Source: an uncultured Myxococcales bacterium
GTDB taxonomy: Bacteria > Myxococcota > UBA4151
Direction: 5' to 3'
Assembly: GCA_964013405.1 (NCBI GenBank)
Contig: CAXGWI010000081.1
Coordinates: forward strand, 1 to 15,993
DNA length: 15,993 nt
Below, one piece after another: positions 8,908-15,993 of this stretch. Both the position numbers and the translations under genes were made by a program. How positions within the stretch are numbered: position 1 is the first letter of the stretch; every line of letters starts with the position of its first letter. The notes under the pieces were generated by a model. The model was not told where the DNA came from, ran no database searches, and was given only the letters and a program-made list of their open reading frames with translations.

Positions 8908-10178
8908 TCTTCGACCCTCGCATGACGAATGCGCGACAGTTCGAAGATCTCACCGGGCAGGGTCATCTCCGGCTCGCGCACAGGGATGCTGAATTCGACT
9001 TTGCAGCCACTTCCGGGGGCGCTTTCAATGGTGAATCGACCACCCCATCGGGTGGCCCGCTCTCTCATGTTGACGAGCCCATAATGCCCCACTTTCTTCG
9101 CCGTGGGGTCAAAGCCGACACCGTCGTCTTCGACTTCTAACTTCAAGACGCCATTGAAGTAATCCAAACTCACTTCGACCCGGCTTGGGTTGGCATGCTT
9201 GATCGCGTTGCTCACGCACTCCTGGAGGACGCGGAAGAACGCCAACTGTTGATCGCCGCTGATCTCCGGTGGCTGGCTGACCAACTGGAAGTCGATGGGA
9301 ACCCGTGTCCGGTGGCTGTGCGTTTCGCAGAACTCACCCATCGCGCTGACGAGATGAAACTCGTCCTTCATGAGTTTAAGGGACCGTCGCAGCTCATCGA
9401 TGGCGGTCTGCGCTGATTCGTGGAGTTCATCGGCCTCGGCTTTGACTTCGGGATCTTTCGCCAGGCTGGTCAGGAATTCTGCCTGGATAATCATACTGGA
9501 GAGGGCCGCGCCGATCCCATCGTGCATTTCCCGGGCGATTCGGCTTCGTTCCTGAACCACCGCCAGGTTCTTTAGATGCCTTTCAAGGCCAAGAATTTCT
9601 GTGGTTTGTTCTCGGTCTCGACTGCCCACATGGATGACCAAAGCGACGGCTACAAGATTCAGCGCCCCGTACCAGACGAGGTAAAAGATCATGAGGTCGG
9701 GTTCAGTGCCCCGTTGGATTTGGGCGACGAGAATGCCCGCCATGCCGATCATGGGCGCCAGAGCAACCAGGGGGTGGGGGAAGACGAGTGCGACAAGGGT
9801 GCTGAAGATGAGCAACAGGCTCATGAGCGGGGAAGCGATCCCGCCGGCTTCATGAATGAGGACGCAGATGGACAAGAGATCGAGGGCGAGGGTCACGGCC
9901 GTAATGATTCGCCCCCATTGCCGGTGGCGCATAAAAACCAAATTGATCGCGGCGTACACCGTAATGAAGAGATACCAACCGAGGATGAGCGGAGCCCCTA
10001 AGTCCAAGGCTCGAGCCCAACTGGGCACCGCGAGCAAGCTCATGCCGACCGCGAGGAGAATCAGCCGCGTGTAGGCGAGGGTCTGGGCCCGGGTGACAAA
10101 TCGGTCCTGGTGGCGGATGGCTTCGTCGCCCAGTCGGGCCACCATCGCCGAGTGAAGGGGGACCTGTTTTACCTCCAT
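8904..10178 (-). CDS. Membrane-bound sensor histidine kinase, HisKA_3 (NarX/DesK/LiaS-like) class
   Basis: About 5-6 N-terminal hydrophobic segments. H-box ERSRIAREMHDGIG, N-box RVLQECVSNAIKHA, D/G1 box EVEDDGVGFD, G2 box GHYGLVNMRER, and SAPGSG. Confidence 0.93.
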   Translation of the reverse strand: MEVKQVPLHSAMVARLGDEAIRHQDRFVTRAQTLAYTRLILLAVGMSLLAVPSWARALDLGAPLILGWYLFITVYAAINLVFMRHRQWGRIITAVTLALDLLSICVLIHEAGGIASPLMSLLLIFSTLVALVFPHPLVALAPMIGMAGILVAQIQRGTEPDLMIFYLVWYGALNLVAVALVIHVGSRDREQTTEILGLERHLKNLAVVQERSRIAREMHDGIGAALSSMIIQAEFLTSLAKDPEVKAEADELHESAQTAIDELRRSLKLMKDEFHLVSAMGEFCETHSHRTRVPIDFQLVSQPPEISGDQQLAFFRVLQECVSNAIKHANPSRVEVSLDYFNGVLKLEVEDDGVGFDPTAKKVGHYGLVNMRERATRWGGRFTIESAPGSGCKVEFSIPVREPEMTLPGEIFELSRIRHARVEE

Positions 10179-11038
10179 GGCGGATCATCCAGGGCGCAGT
10201 TGTCGATCAGCCGGACCGAGCCGCAGCGAACCGCTGCAAGAATCCGAGCCTGCGTCCCCGGCGCAACGGTTCCGGACAGCGGTCTGAGTGTTTCCGGATC
10301 AACCAGAGAAAAATAGGCGCAGTCGAGTTCATGGGCGGCGAGGACTTGTGTGCCCGCTGCAACGATCATCGCCACGTCCCGATTGCCCTCTGCGTAGGTG
10401 TTGCAGGCCCTAACCAGTGCCGTGGGGAGCCCCAAGGCCCGCGCCCGGTCCTCGCCCTGGAGATAGACGTTGCGGCTCGAAAGGGCCAGGCCATCGTGAT
10501 CTCGAACCAGCGGGCAACTCAGGATTTCGATGGGCAATGCGAGGTCTTTGACCAACTGGCGTATGACCGCCAGTTGCTGAAAGTCCTTTTCTCCGAAGGC
10601 GGCCAAATCGGGCTGGATAAGGCCGAACAGGCGGGCGACGACGGTGGCGATCCCGCCGAAGAAGTCGGGCCGGTCAACGGCTTCAAACCCTTGACCGGGA
10701 CCCTGCATGTTGATGGCAACGCTGAAGCCTGGCGGATACACTTCTTCGCCCTTCGCAAGCCAAACCTGATCGGCCCCTTCTGCTTCGGCTAACTGTCGGT
10801 CCGTCTCCGGCTGTCGGGGGTACGTGCCGAGATCCTCGTTCGCGCCAAACTGCTTCTCATTGACGTAGACGCTGACGACCACCCGGTCGCAATGGGCTCG
10901 GGCTGCACGGATCAGGCTCAAATGGCCCTCATGCAAGGCCCCCATCGTCGGCACGAAACCGACTCGCTCCCCGGCCCGTCGCCAGCTGCGGACTTGCGCC
11001 TGGGTACTGCTCAGATCAGTCGCTGGGGAGGAGGCCAT
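10169..11038 (-). CDS. panC: Pantoate--beta-alanine ligase (pantothenate synthetase)
   Basis: GFVPTMGALHEGH (HIGH-type motif), VN..QF..NEDL..YPR, FGEKDFQQL, DGLALSSRN and VRLIDN. The start is ATG 11038 or 11065. Confidence 0.95.
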   Translation of the reverse strand: MASSPATDLSSTQAQVRSWRRAGERVGFVPTMGALHEGHLSLIRAARAHCDRVVVSVYVNEKQFGANEDLGTYPRQPETDRQLAEAEGADQVWLAKGEEVYPPGFSVAINMQGPGQGFEAVDRPDFFGGIATVVARLFGLIQPDLAAFGEKDFQQLAVIRQLVKDLALPIEILSCPLVRDHDGLALSSRNVYLQGEDRARALGLPTALVRACNTYAEGNRDVAMIVAAGTQVLAAHELDCAYFSLVDPETLRPLSGTVAPGTQARILAAVRCGSVRLIDNCALDDPPWR

Positions 11039-12077
11039 GTTGTTGGTCTTGAACGAAGAGCGCATGTTCCTGCTCGAACAACCCAGCCATCAACTCGGCC
11101 AGGGCTTTCGATCCTTCCTTATCGCTCCAGGTGTTGTAGGGCGACAGCGCCTCCCGCATCGCCTTCGCCGTCGGGAAGCGTTCTTCCCGCTTCTGTTTGA
11201 GACCTGTCATGATGGCATCGACGAGTCCATCGTCCATTTGGGGGACGTAGTCTCTCGGATCCGGGATATGACCCCTGCGAATGCGTTTCATCACATCCAT
11301 GTCCTGCTCACCGGGCTTGGCGTAAAACAGCCGTCGTCCCGTCACGCACTCCCAGAGGATGGTGGCGAGCGAAAAGAGATCTGTGCGTTCATCGAGGCTG
11401 GCACCGACCACTTGCTCAGGGCTAAGGTATCCCAACTTTCCGGTGACGATGACGCCTGCTGAATCGCCGGCCATCTCGTCGATATGAACCACACCGAAGT
11501 CCCCGAGTTTCGCCCGGCCGTTAAAGTCGAGAAAGACATTGTGGGGACTCACGTCTCGATGGATGACGCTGATCTGCCGGCCGCTGGGCAACTTCAAGCT
11601 GTGGGCGTAAACCAAGCCATCCAAAACACGGCAGGCGATGTGCATCGCCAGCTCTTGAGGCATTTCCTGCCTGCGGGCGGCGATCCGGCCCAACAAGGTG
11701 TTGAGATTAACGCCGCTGACGTACTCCATCACGAGAAAGAAAGCCCCCTCGACCTCCCCTGAATCGAGCGTTTGGACGATGTTGGGGTGGTCCAACAGCC
11801 GGGCGATATCGGTCTCGATGACAAAGTTGTCGGCGAAGTCTGGGTTTGCCGCCGCCTCGGGAAGCAATCGCTTCAGCACGACCAGAGGTTCGTGGAGCGC
11901 TTTCATGGTCGACTTGCCATCGGCCGAGGGGAGGCGAAACCGCCGGGCCCGGTGTACCTCGGCCATGCCGCCGACGCCGACCCGTTCGAGAAGATAGTAA
12001 TCGCCAAAGACCTCGACCTTGGGTCCAAGCCGAGCGATCCGACCGATCTCAGACAGTGGGATGGGGTCGTTATGCAA
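11016..12077 (-). CDS. Hanks-type Ser/Thr protein kinase, catalytic domain only (cytoplasmic)
   Basis: GVGGMAEV, VVLK, LDHPNIV, HRDVSPHN, GDFG, GKLGYLSPE, DLFSL and R..TA. No TM or C-terminal sensor. The start is uncertain: TTG 12077 (GAGG just upstream) is preferred over 12209, which would leave only 5 nt before the divergent upp. Confidence 0.9.
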   Translation of the reverse strand: MHNDPIPLSEIGRIARLGPKVEVFGDYYLLERVGVGGMAEVHRARRFRLPSADGKSTMKALHEPLVVLKRLLPEAAANPDFADNFVIETDIARLLDHPNIVQTLDSGEVEGAFFLVMEYVSGVNLNTLLGRIAARRQEMPQELAMHIACRVLDGLVYAHSLKLPSGRQISVIHRDVSPHNVFLDFNGRAKLGDFGVVHIDEMAGDSAGVIVTGKLGYLSPEQVVGASLDERTDLFSLATILWECVTGRRLFYAKPGEQDMDVMKRIRRGHIPDPRDYVPQMDDGLVDAIMTGLKQKREERFPTAKAMREALSPYNTWSDKEGSKALAELMAGLFEQEHALFVQDQQHGLLPSD

Positions 12078-12115
12078 GGTCCTCGTCTCGTTTGGCGGTT
12101 TTCGGGTGAAACCTC

Positions 12116-12145
12116 TTACAACGTCTTGACGGGTGCTGTTAAGGT
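12116..12145 (+). promoter_or_regulatory. Putative extended -10 promoter for upp-hpt
   Basis: TTACAA (12116-12121), 18 nt spacer, TAAGGT (12140-12145), with TG at 12137-12138. SD GGGAGG upstream of ATG 12215. Confidence 0.35.
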
Positions 12146-12214
12146 GCCCTCGGGGCCCTTGTGGAAACCTGACTTGAGTCTTAAGAGCCGCGGGCTGGGG
12201 AGGCCTCACGACAA

Positions 12215-13024
12215 ATGACTGATTCAGCCTATCGCACGGTCCCAGGCCAACGGGTTCTTAAGCATGCCTATGGTGATCGATTAACCGTTCTGCACAACCC
12301 CTTCGACCTGAGCCTGATGGCGAAGATTGGGCAGGAGGAGACGGTCCAGCCGGAACTCGGTGACCTCGTACGGCTTGCTTATGAGCGGCTTTGTGCCGAG
12401 GCCATGGCCCTCCATCTTCCAAACCAAGTGGCCCGCGTCGATACGAGGATGCGCGCCATTGTCCCCGAGGGCGTTTATGAGGGGACTCTACTCGACCCCC
12501 ATGGGCCCGTCGTCAGCGTGGCGATCGCCCGGGCCGGGATCGTACCTTCTGAGGTTTGCTTTCGGCTCGTGACTCGGTTTCTCGCCCGGGGGAAGGTCCG
12601 CCAGGATCACTTCGCTATGGCCCGGGTGACAAACGATGCTGGCGAGGTCACCGGTGTCCAAGTGAGCGGTGAAAAGATCGGTGGTGATATCCAAGACGCG
12701 ACCGTGTTCATCCCCGATCCGATGGGGGCGACCGGTGGCAGTCTCGACCGGGCCATTCAATATTACAAAGACTCGGTGCCCGGTCGGGCTCGGGCCTACG
12801 TCGCACTCTTTTTGACGGTGACTCCTGAGGCCGTCCGTCGGCTCCTGGCGGCCCATGAAGATCTATCGATCGTCGCACTTCGCTTGGACCGTGGCCTAAG
12901 CGCCGAAAGGGTGTTAGCAGCCATGCCTGGCGAATCGAGCGACGAAGTCGGTCTGACGGATAAGCAGTACATCGTTCCAGGCGCGGGCGGCGTCGGCGAA
13001 GTCCTCAACAACAGTTTCGTGTAG
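12215..13024 (+). CDS. upp: Uracil phosphoribosyltransferase-family protein (long variant)
   Basis: IARAG (compare PILRAG), the UPRT-type PRPP loop IPDPMGATGGS and C-terminal GLTDKQYIVPG. At 269 aa it is longer than the usual ~210 aa. Adjacent to hpt. Confidence 0.82.
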   Translation: MTDSAYRTVPGQRVLKHAYGDRLTVLHNPFDLSLMAKIGQEETVQPELGDLVRLAYERLCAEAMALHLPNQVARVDTRMRAIVPEGVYEGTLLDPHGPVVSVAIARAGIVPSEVCFRLVTRFLARGKVRQDHFAMARVTNDAGEVTGVQVSGEKIGGDIQDATVFIPDPMGATGGSLDRAIQYYKDSVPGRARAYVALFLTVTPEAVRRLLAAHEDLSIVALRLDRGLSAERVLAAMPGESSDEVGLTDKQYIVPGAGGVGEVLNNSFV

Positions 13025-13037
13025 CAGGAAGACGCTT

Positions 13038-13562
13038 ATGAGCGGATATAAAGTCCTCATCGATACCCCTGAACTCGATGCCCGAGTACGATCCCTGGGC
13101 GCGGAACTGGTGGAACGATTCCAGACCATCGAAGAACCGATTTTGGTCATCGGGGTTTTACGGGGTTCCGTCTTGTTCATGGCCGACTTGGTGCGAGCCA
13201 TGGACCGTCCCTTGGAGACGGAATACGTTCGAGCATCCAGTTACGGGGACGCTCGAGTCAGTTCCGGGAAGGTCACGCTGAGCGATGATCGACCCGACGT
13301 CCGCGGTCGTCATGTCCTCTTGGTGGAAGACATCGTGGATACCGGTTTGACCTTAGCGGCGCTGACGAAGGCACTCCGTGGCGCGGGCTTGGCCAGTCTG
13401 ACGACGGTCTCTCTCTTGGATAAGCCCAGCCGTCGGGAGGTCGACGTCGAAGCGGACCTCGTCGCTTTTACCATCGAAGACGCTTATGTGATCGGCTACG
13501 GCCTCGATGATGCCGGCCTCTTCCGCAATCTTCCTTTTGTGGCGGTCGTCGACGGGGATTGA
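13038..13562 (+). CDS. hpt: Hypoxanthine(-guanine) phosphoribosyltransferase
   Basis: GVLRGSVLFMADL, ASSYG, VLLVEDIVDTGLT, LLDKPSRR and YVIGYGLD...RNLP. Confidence 0.96.
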   Translation: MSGYKVLIDTPELDARVRSLGAELVERFQTIEEPILVIGVLRGSVLFMADLVRAMDRPLETEYVRASSYGDARVSSGKVTLSDDRPDVRGRHVLLVEDIVDTGLTLAALTKALRGAGLASLTTVSLLDKPSRREVDVEADLVAFTIEDAYVIGYGLDDAGLFRNLPFVAVVDGD

Positions 13563-13587
13563 GACCGGGCCCTGGCGTTGATAAGGT
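13559..13587 (+). promoter_or_regulatory. Putative sigma70-type promoter with extended -10
   Basis: TTGAGA (13559-13564), 17 nt spacer, TAAGGT (13582-13587), with TG at 13579-13580. Confidence 0.45.
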
Positions 13588-13620
13588 CCGGTACCGTCGA
13601 GCGGGAGATCCAAGGCAGAG

Positions 13621-14538
13621 ATGACCGATCAGGTAGACGAGCCGGCGGCAACGTCGAGCGTACCCGACGCGGCCCCAGGGGGGCCAGCTGAGGGCTGGAC
13701 TGATCATCAGCCGGGCCAAGAGTCCGAGCCCAAGCCCGCACCCGGCACCCTGCCTCCCGATTCGGCCACCGCCCCCCCGACCCAACCTGTGACGTCGCCC
13801 CCCGGGTGGAGTGATGGGGTGCCTTATACCCAAGGGCCGGCCCATGCGCCCACCGGACATCCCACAGGCTTAGGCACCCATGTCCCCGCACCTGGACGTT
13901 CCCAGTTGCTGCCTTGGGTCGTCATCGGTGCTCTGTTGATCTTGATCGTGATTCTTCTCGGTGCCCTCAACGCTCGAGATTATCATCTGGTCCGGGATGG
14001 CGACCGTGTGGTGGTCAAGCGTGGGGGCTGGATTCTCGGGACGACCCGGGACCTCGCTGACAATGAAGTGGGGCGGCAGGGGGAGTATGCACCCATCGAA
14101 CTGCCTGCGGGCGTGCATGTTGAGGACGCTCGATTTGGCGAACGAGAGGATCTCAAGCGGGCGATGGTTGACCTGATCTTGAAGATCCTCAAACCGGTGG
14201 TGGCCGCCGGTGATATGGAGCGTGTCGAAGCCCTTGGACAGCGCTTGGATGCCTTCCGAATCCCCACCGATATTCTGCACCATCCGGCCCATCGAAAGCT
14301 GCTCGCTCGGGTGGCGATGGTACGAGGGCACAGGGCCGAGGGGGCCATGCTCGATGGGCTGATGAAAGCTCGCCAGCACTTCCAACAGGCTCAATTACTC
14401 AACGACCCAGCGGCCCGCCAGGCTTTGGGACGATTGCATCGCATTGAAGGACTCTTACAGCGAGGGGCTGCTGAGTCCTTGAGTCAGTCAGAGGAAACCG
14501 GCAAAGATGCCACCCCGGAGGACATCACCGAGTTCTAG
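13621..14538 (+). CDS. Single-pass membrane hypothetical protein
   Basis: About 90-aa Pro/Thr/Gly-rich disordered N-terminus, one TM helix (LLPWVVIGALLILIVILLGAL), a short beta region, then a helical TPR-like C-terminus. Confidence 0.75.
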   Translation: MTDQVDEPAATSSVPDAAPGGPAEGWTDHQPGQESEPKPAPGTLPPDSATAPPTQPVTSPPGWSDGVPYTQGPAHAPTGHPTGLGTHVPAPGRSQLLPWVVIGALLILIVILLGALNARDYHLVRDGDRVVVKRGGWILGTTRDLADNEVGRQGEYAPIELPAGVHVEDARFGEREDLKRAMVDLILKILKPVVAAGDMERVEALGQRLDAFRIPTDILHHPAHRKLLARVAMVRGHRAEGAMLDGLMKARQHFQQAQLLNDPAARQALGRLHRIEGLLQRGAAESLSQSEETGKDATPEDITEF

Positions 14539-14601
14539 CATCGCCTGTGCCTACGTTAAACGACCGAGGCAACGGTAGCGTCTGGCGTACGATGACATGT
14601 T

Positions 14602-14610
14602 TGCTAGAAT
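14602..14610 (+). promoter_or_regulatory. Putative extended -10 element
   Basis: TG-c-TAGAAT, 21 nt upstream of ATG 14632. The -35 match (CTGGCG at 17 nt spacing) is weak. Confidence 0.4.
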
Positions 14611-14631
14611 GCGGTGTCGAAAGGTTTGATC

Positions 14632-15966
14632 ATGCACAATCGCCAGATGGTTTTGCTTACTGCGCTCCTCGGAGTGGGGCTCGGGCCCGGTTGCGGCTGT
14701 GAGGAAGAGGTCTTCATCAAGATCGCACCACGGATCCAGCTTGAAGGGGACGCCGCCGAACTCGATCAAGAAGACGGAACCATTTGCGTTGAAGAAGCCG
14801 ATGGCTGTGAACTGCACTTTGGCGCGGTGGGACTGGCGACTCAGGGGGCGCGCACGCTGCTGATGGCGAACCCGTCCCATGTCAATCTGCAGGTCTACGA
14901 GATCAAGATCGATCCGGATTCACCGGAGGCGCCCCGTCTCAGCACGAACTGGGACAGCGTGGGCAGTAACTTCCTAGCCGGGAAGAGCTTCGCACCCTTC
15001 AAGGTCTACTGGATCCCCGAGGTCGAAACGGCCGAAGAGGTCGAGTTGGGGACGGTGATCTTGGTGACGAATGCTGAGAACTCGAGCACTTTGCTCGACG
15101 CAGACACATGCAACGCGTTGGGGGCACTGGGCGCTTGTGGTGAAGTCAGGGTGAAGCTCTTTGGCCGGGGGGTGGACAATGGCCTGCCCGAGGCGAAGGT
15201 GATCGCCCGAGTCGGTCAGGATGCCTGGGATGATGGTCCTTGCGACTTCGGCTATGTCGGCCTGCGGGGCCAAGGGGCCTGTCGGGTTGAGGTGACCAAT
15301 GTGGGTGAGCGCGACCTCTTGTTGTTCGGTGCCGAGCTCGGCTTCCGTGAACCGGGTCGAGACGACTGCCAGACCTGCTCCGGTCAGGCTTGGTGCGGTG
15401 GCGCCAACGGCAGCTGTGTGGCGGGCCCCTTTGCGGCGGAAGAGACGCCGGAAGCGGGTACAGGATTTCCAGAGCGTAATCCCTGTGATGATGAGACTCG
15501 TTGCGAGCTCGGGCAGTTCTGTGCCGCTGATGCAACGAATGGCGAGGAGGGCTTCTGCTCCTCAGAGGCCGAGGTGCCCGAGGGCATGAGCATCTTCGCC
15601 TTCGATGCTGAACCCCTCTTCAGTCAGGACAACCCCCTCGTCGTGAGCCCAGGCGGTTCGGCGACGCTGACCTTGATCTTCAAGCCCTACGCGCTGCGCC
15701 GCTACACGGGCAGGCTCGCCCTAAAGACCAATGAACTCGGGCGGCGAAACCTGACGGTCGGGCTCGTCGGCGTCGGTCACGAGCCGCCGACAGCGGTGCC
15801 CGAGATCTCCGCCGTGAACGATGCAGACCCCGTGACCGATGACAATGGGACGGTGCTGGTTGCCCCGCTGGATACGGTCGCTGTGTCGGGAATCCACAGC
15901 TTTGGTGCAAATGGTGCCGAGATCGCCGGTTACGAGTGGAGCTTCGAGGAGTCCGCTGAGAGCTAG
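14632..15966 (+). CDS. Surface lipoprotein with two ASH/choice-of-anchor-D Ig-like domains, a Cys-rich insert and an apparently truncated PKD-like domain
   Basis: Signal MHNRQMVLLTALLGVGLGPG-CGC. Domain 1: LHFGAV...LMANPS..NLQV...GTVILVTN...VKLFGRG. Domain 2: CDFGYV...VEVTNVGERDL...VSPGGSATLTLIFKP....TGRLALKTNE...VGLVGVG. Then PPTAV...APLDTVAVSG..S...G.EIAGYEWS before the stop. Confidence 0.78.
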   Translation: MHNRQMVLLTALLGVGLGPGCGCEEEVFIKIAPRIQLEGDAAELDQEDGTICVEEADGCELHFGAVGLATQGARTLLMANPSHVNLQVYEIKIDPDSPEAPRLSTNWDSVGSNFLAGKSFAPFKVYWIPEVETAEEVELGTVILVTNAENSSTLLDADTCNALGALGACGEVRVKLFGRGVDNGLPEAKVIARVGQDAWDDGPCDFGYVGLRGQGACRVEVTNVGERDLLLFGAELGFREPGRDDCQTCSGQAWCGGANGSCVAGPFAAEETPEAGTGFPERNPCDDETRCELGQFCAADATNGEEGFCSSEAEVPEGMSIFAFDAEPLFSQDNPLVVSPGGSATLTLIFKPYALRRYTGRLALKTNELGRRNLTVGLVGVGHEPPTAVPEISAVNDADPVTDDNGTVLVAPLDTVAVSGIHSFGANGAEIAGYEWSFEESAES

Positions 15967-15993
15967 AGCAGCAAGGGACCGACAAATAGCGCA

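Noticed and set aside
12078..12209. 44-aa N-terminal extension of the Ser/Thr kinase in the ORF track
   Set aside because: It would leave 5 nt between divergent genes and covers promoter-like sequence; a later start is more plausible.
14583..14604. Possible sigma54 promoter TGGC...TTGC
   Set aside because: The GG-to-GC spacing is far longer than the strict -24/-12 requirement.
1..15993. tRNA/rRNA genes, CRISPR arrays, IS elements, integrases, prophage genes
   Set aside because: None seen by eye; intergenic gaps are all under about 140 nt, with no repeat-spacer pattern or transposase motifs.

Overview
A GC-rich, gene-dense bacterial chromosomal segment, probably Myxococcota-like. That lineage is inferred from the long UPRT variant, the Hanks kinase style and the Cys-rich/ASH-domain lipoprotein. 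Left to right: (1) a 5'-truncated hypothetical gene and a Pol-beta-superfamily nucleotidyltransferase; (2) a + strand short-chain acyl-CoA cluster (thiolase, 3-hydroxybutyryl-CoA dehydrogenase, enoyl-CoA hydratase, a small coiled-coil ORF, an intervening lipoprotein, two acyl-CoA dehydrogenases, a PHA_gran_rgn-like protein); (3) a convergent - strand run of overlapping genes (Ser/Thr kinase, panC, HisKA_3 histidine kinase with no response regulator, lipoprotein); (4) a divergent upp-hpt salvage pair and a membrane-anchored hypothetical; (5) a surface lipoprotein with two ASH/choice-of-anchor-D Ig-like domains and a Cys-rich insert, ending at a TAG that seems to cut a PKD-like domain. I saw no RNA genes, CRISPR arrays or mobile elements. 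The window is mostly housekeeping. The points most worth follow-up are the kinase-panC-kinase operon, the apparently premature amber stop, the nucleotidyltransferase pair and the non-canonical UPRT active site.
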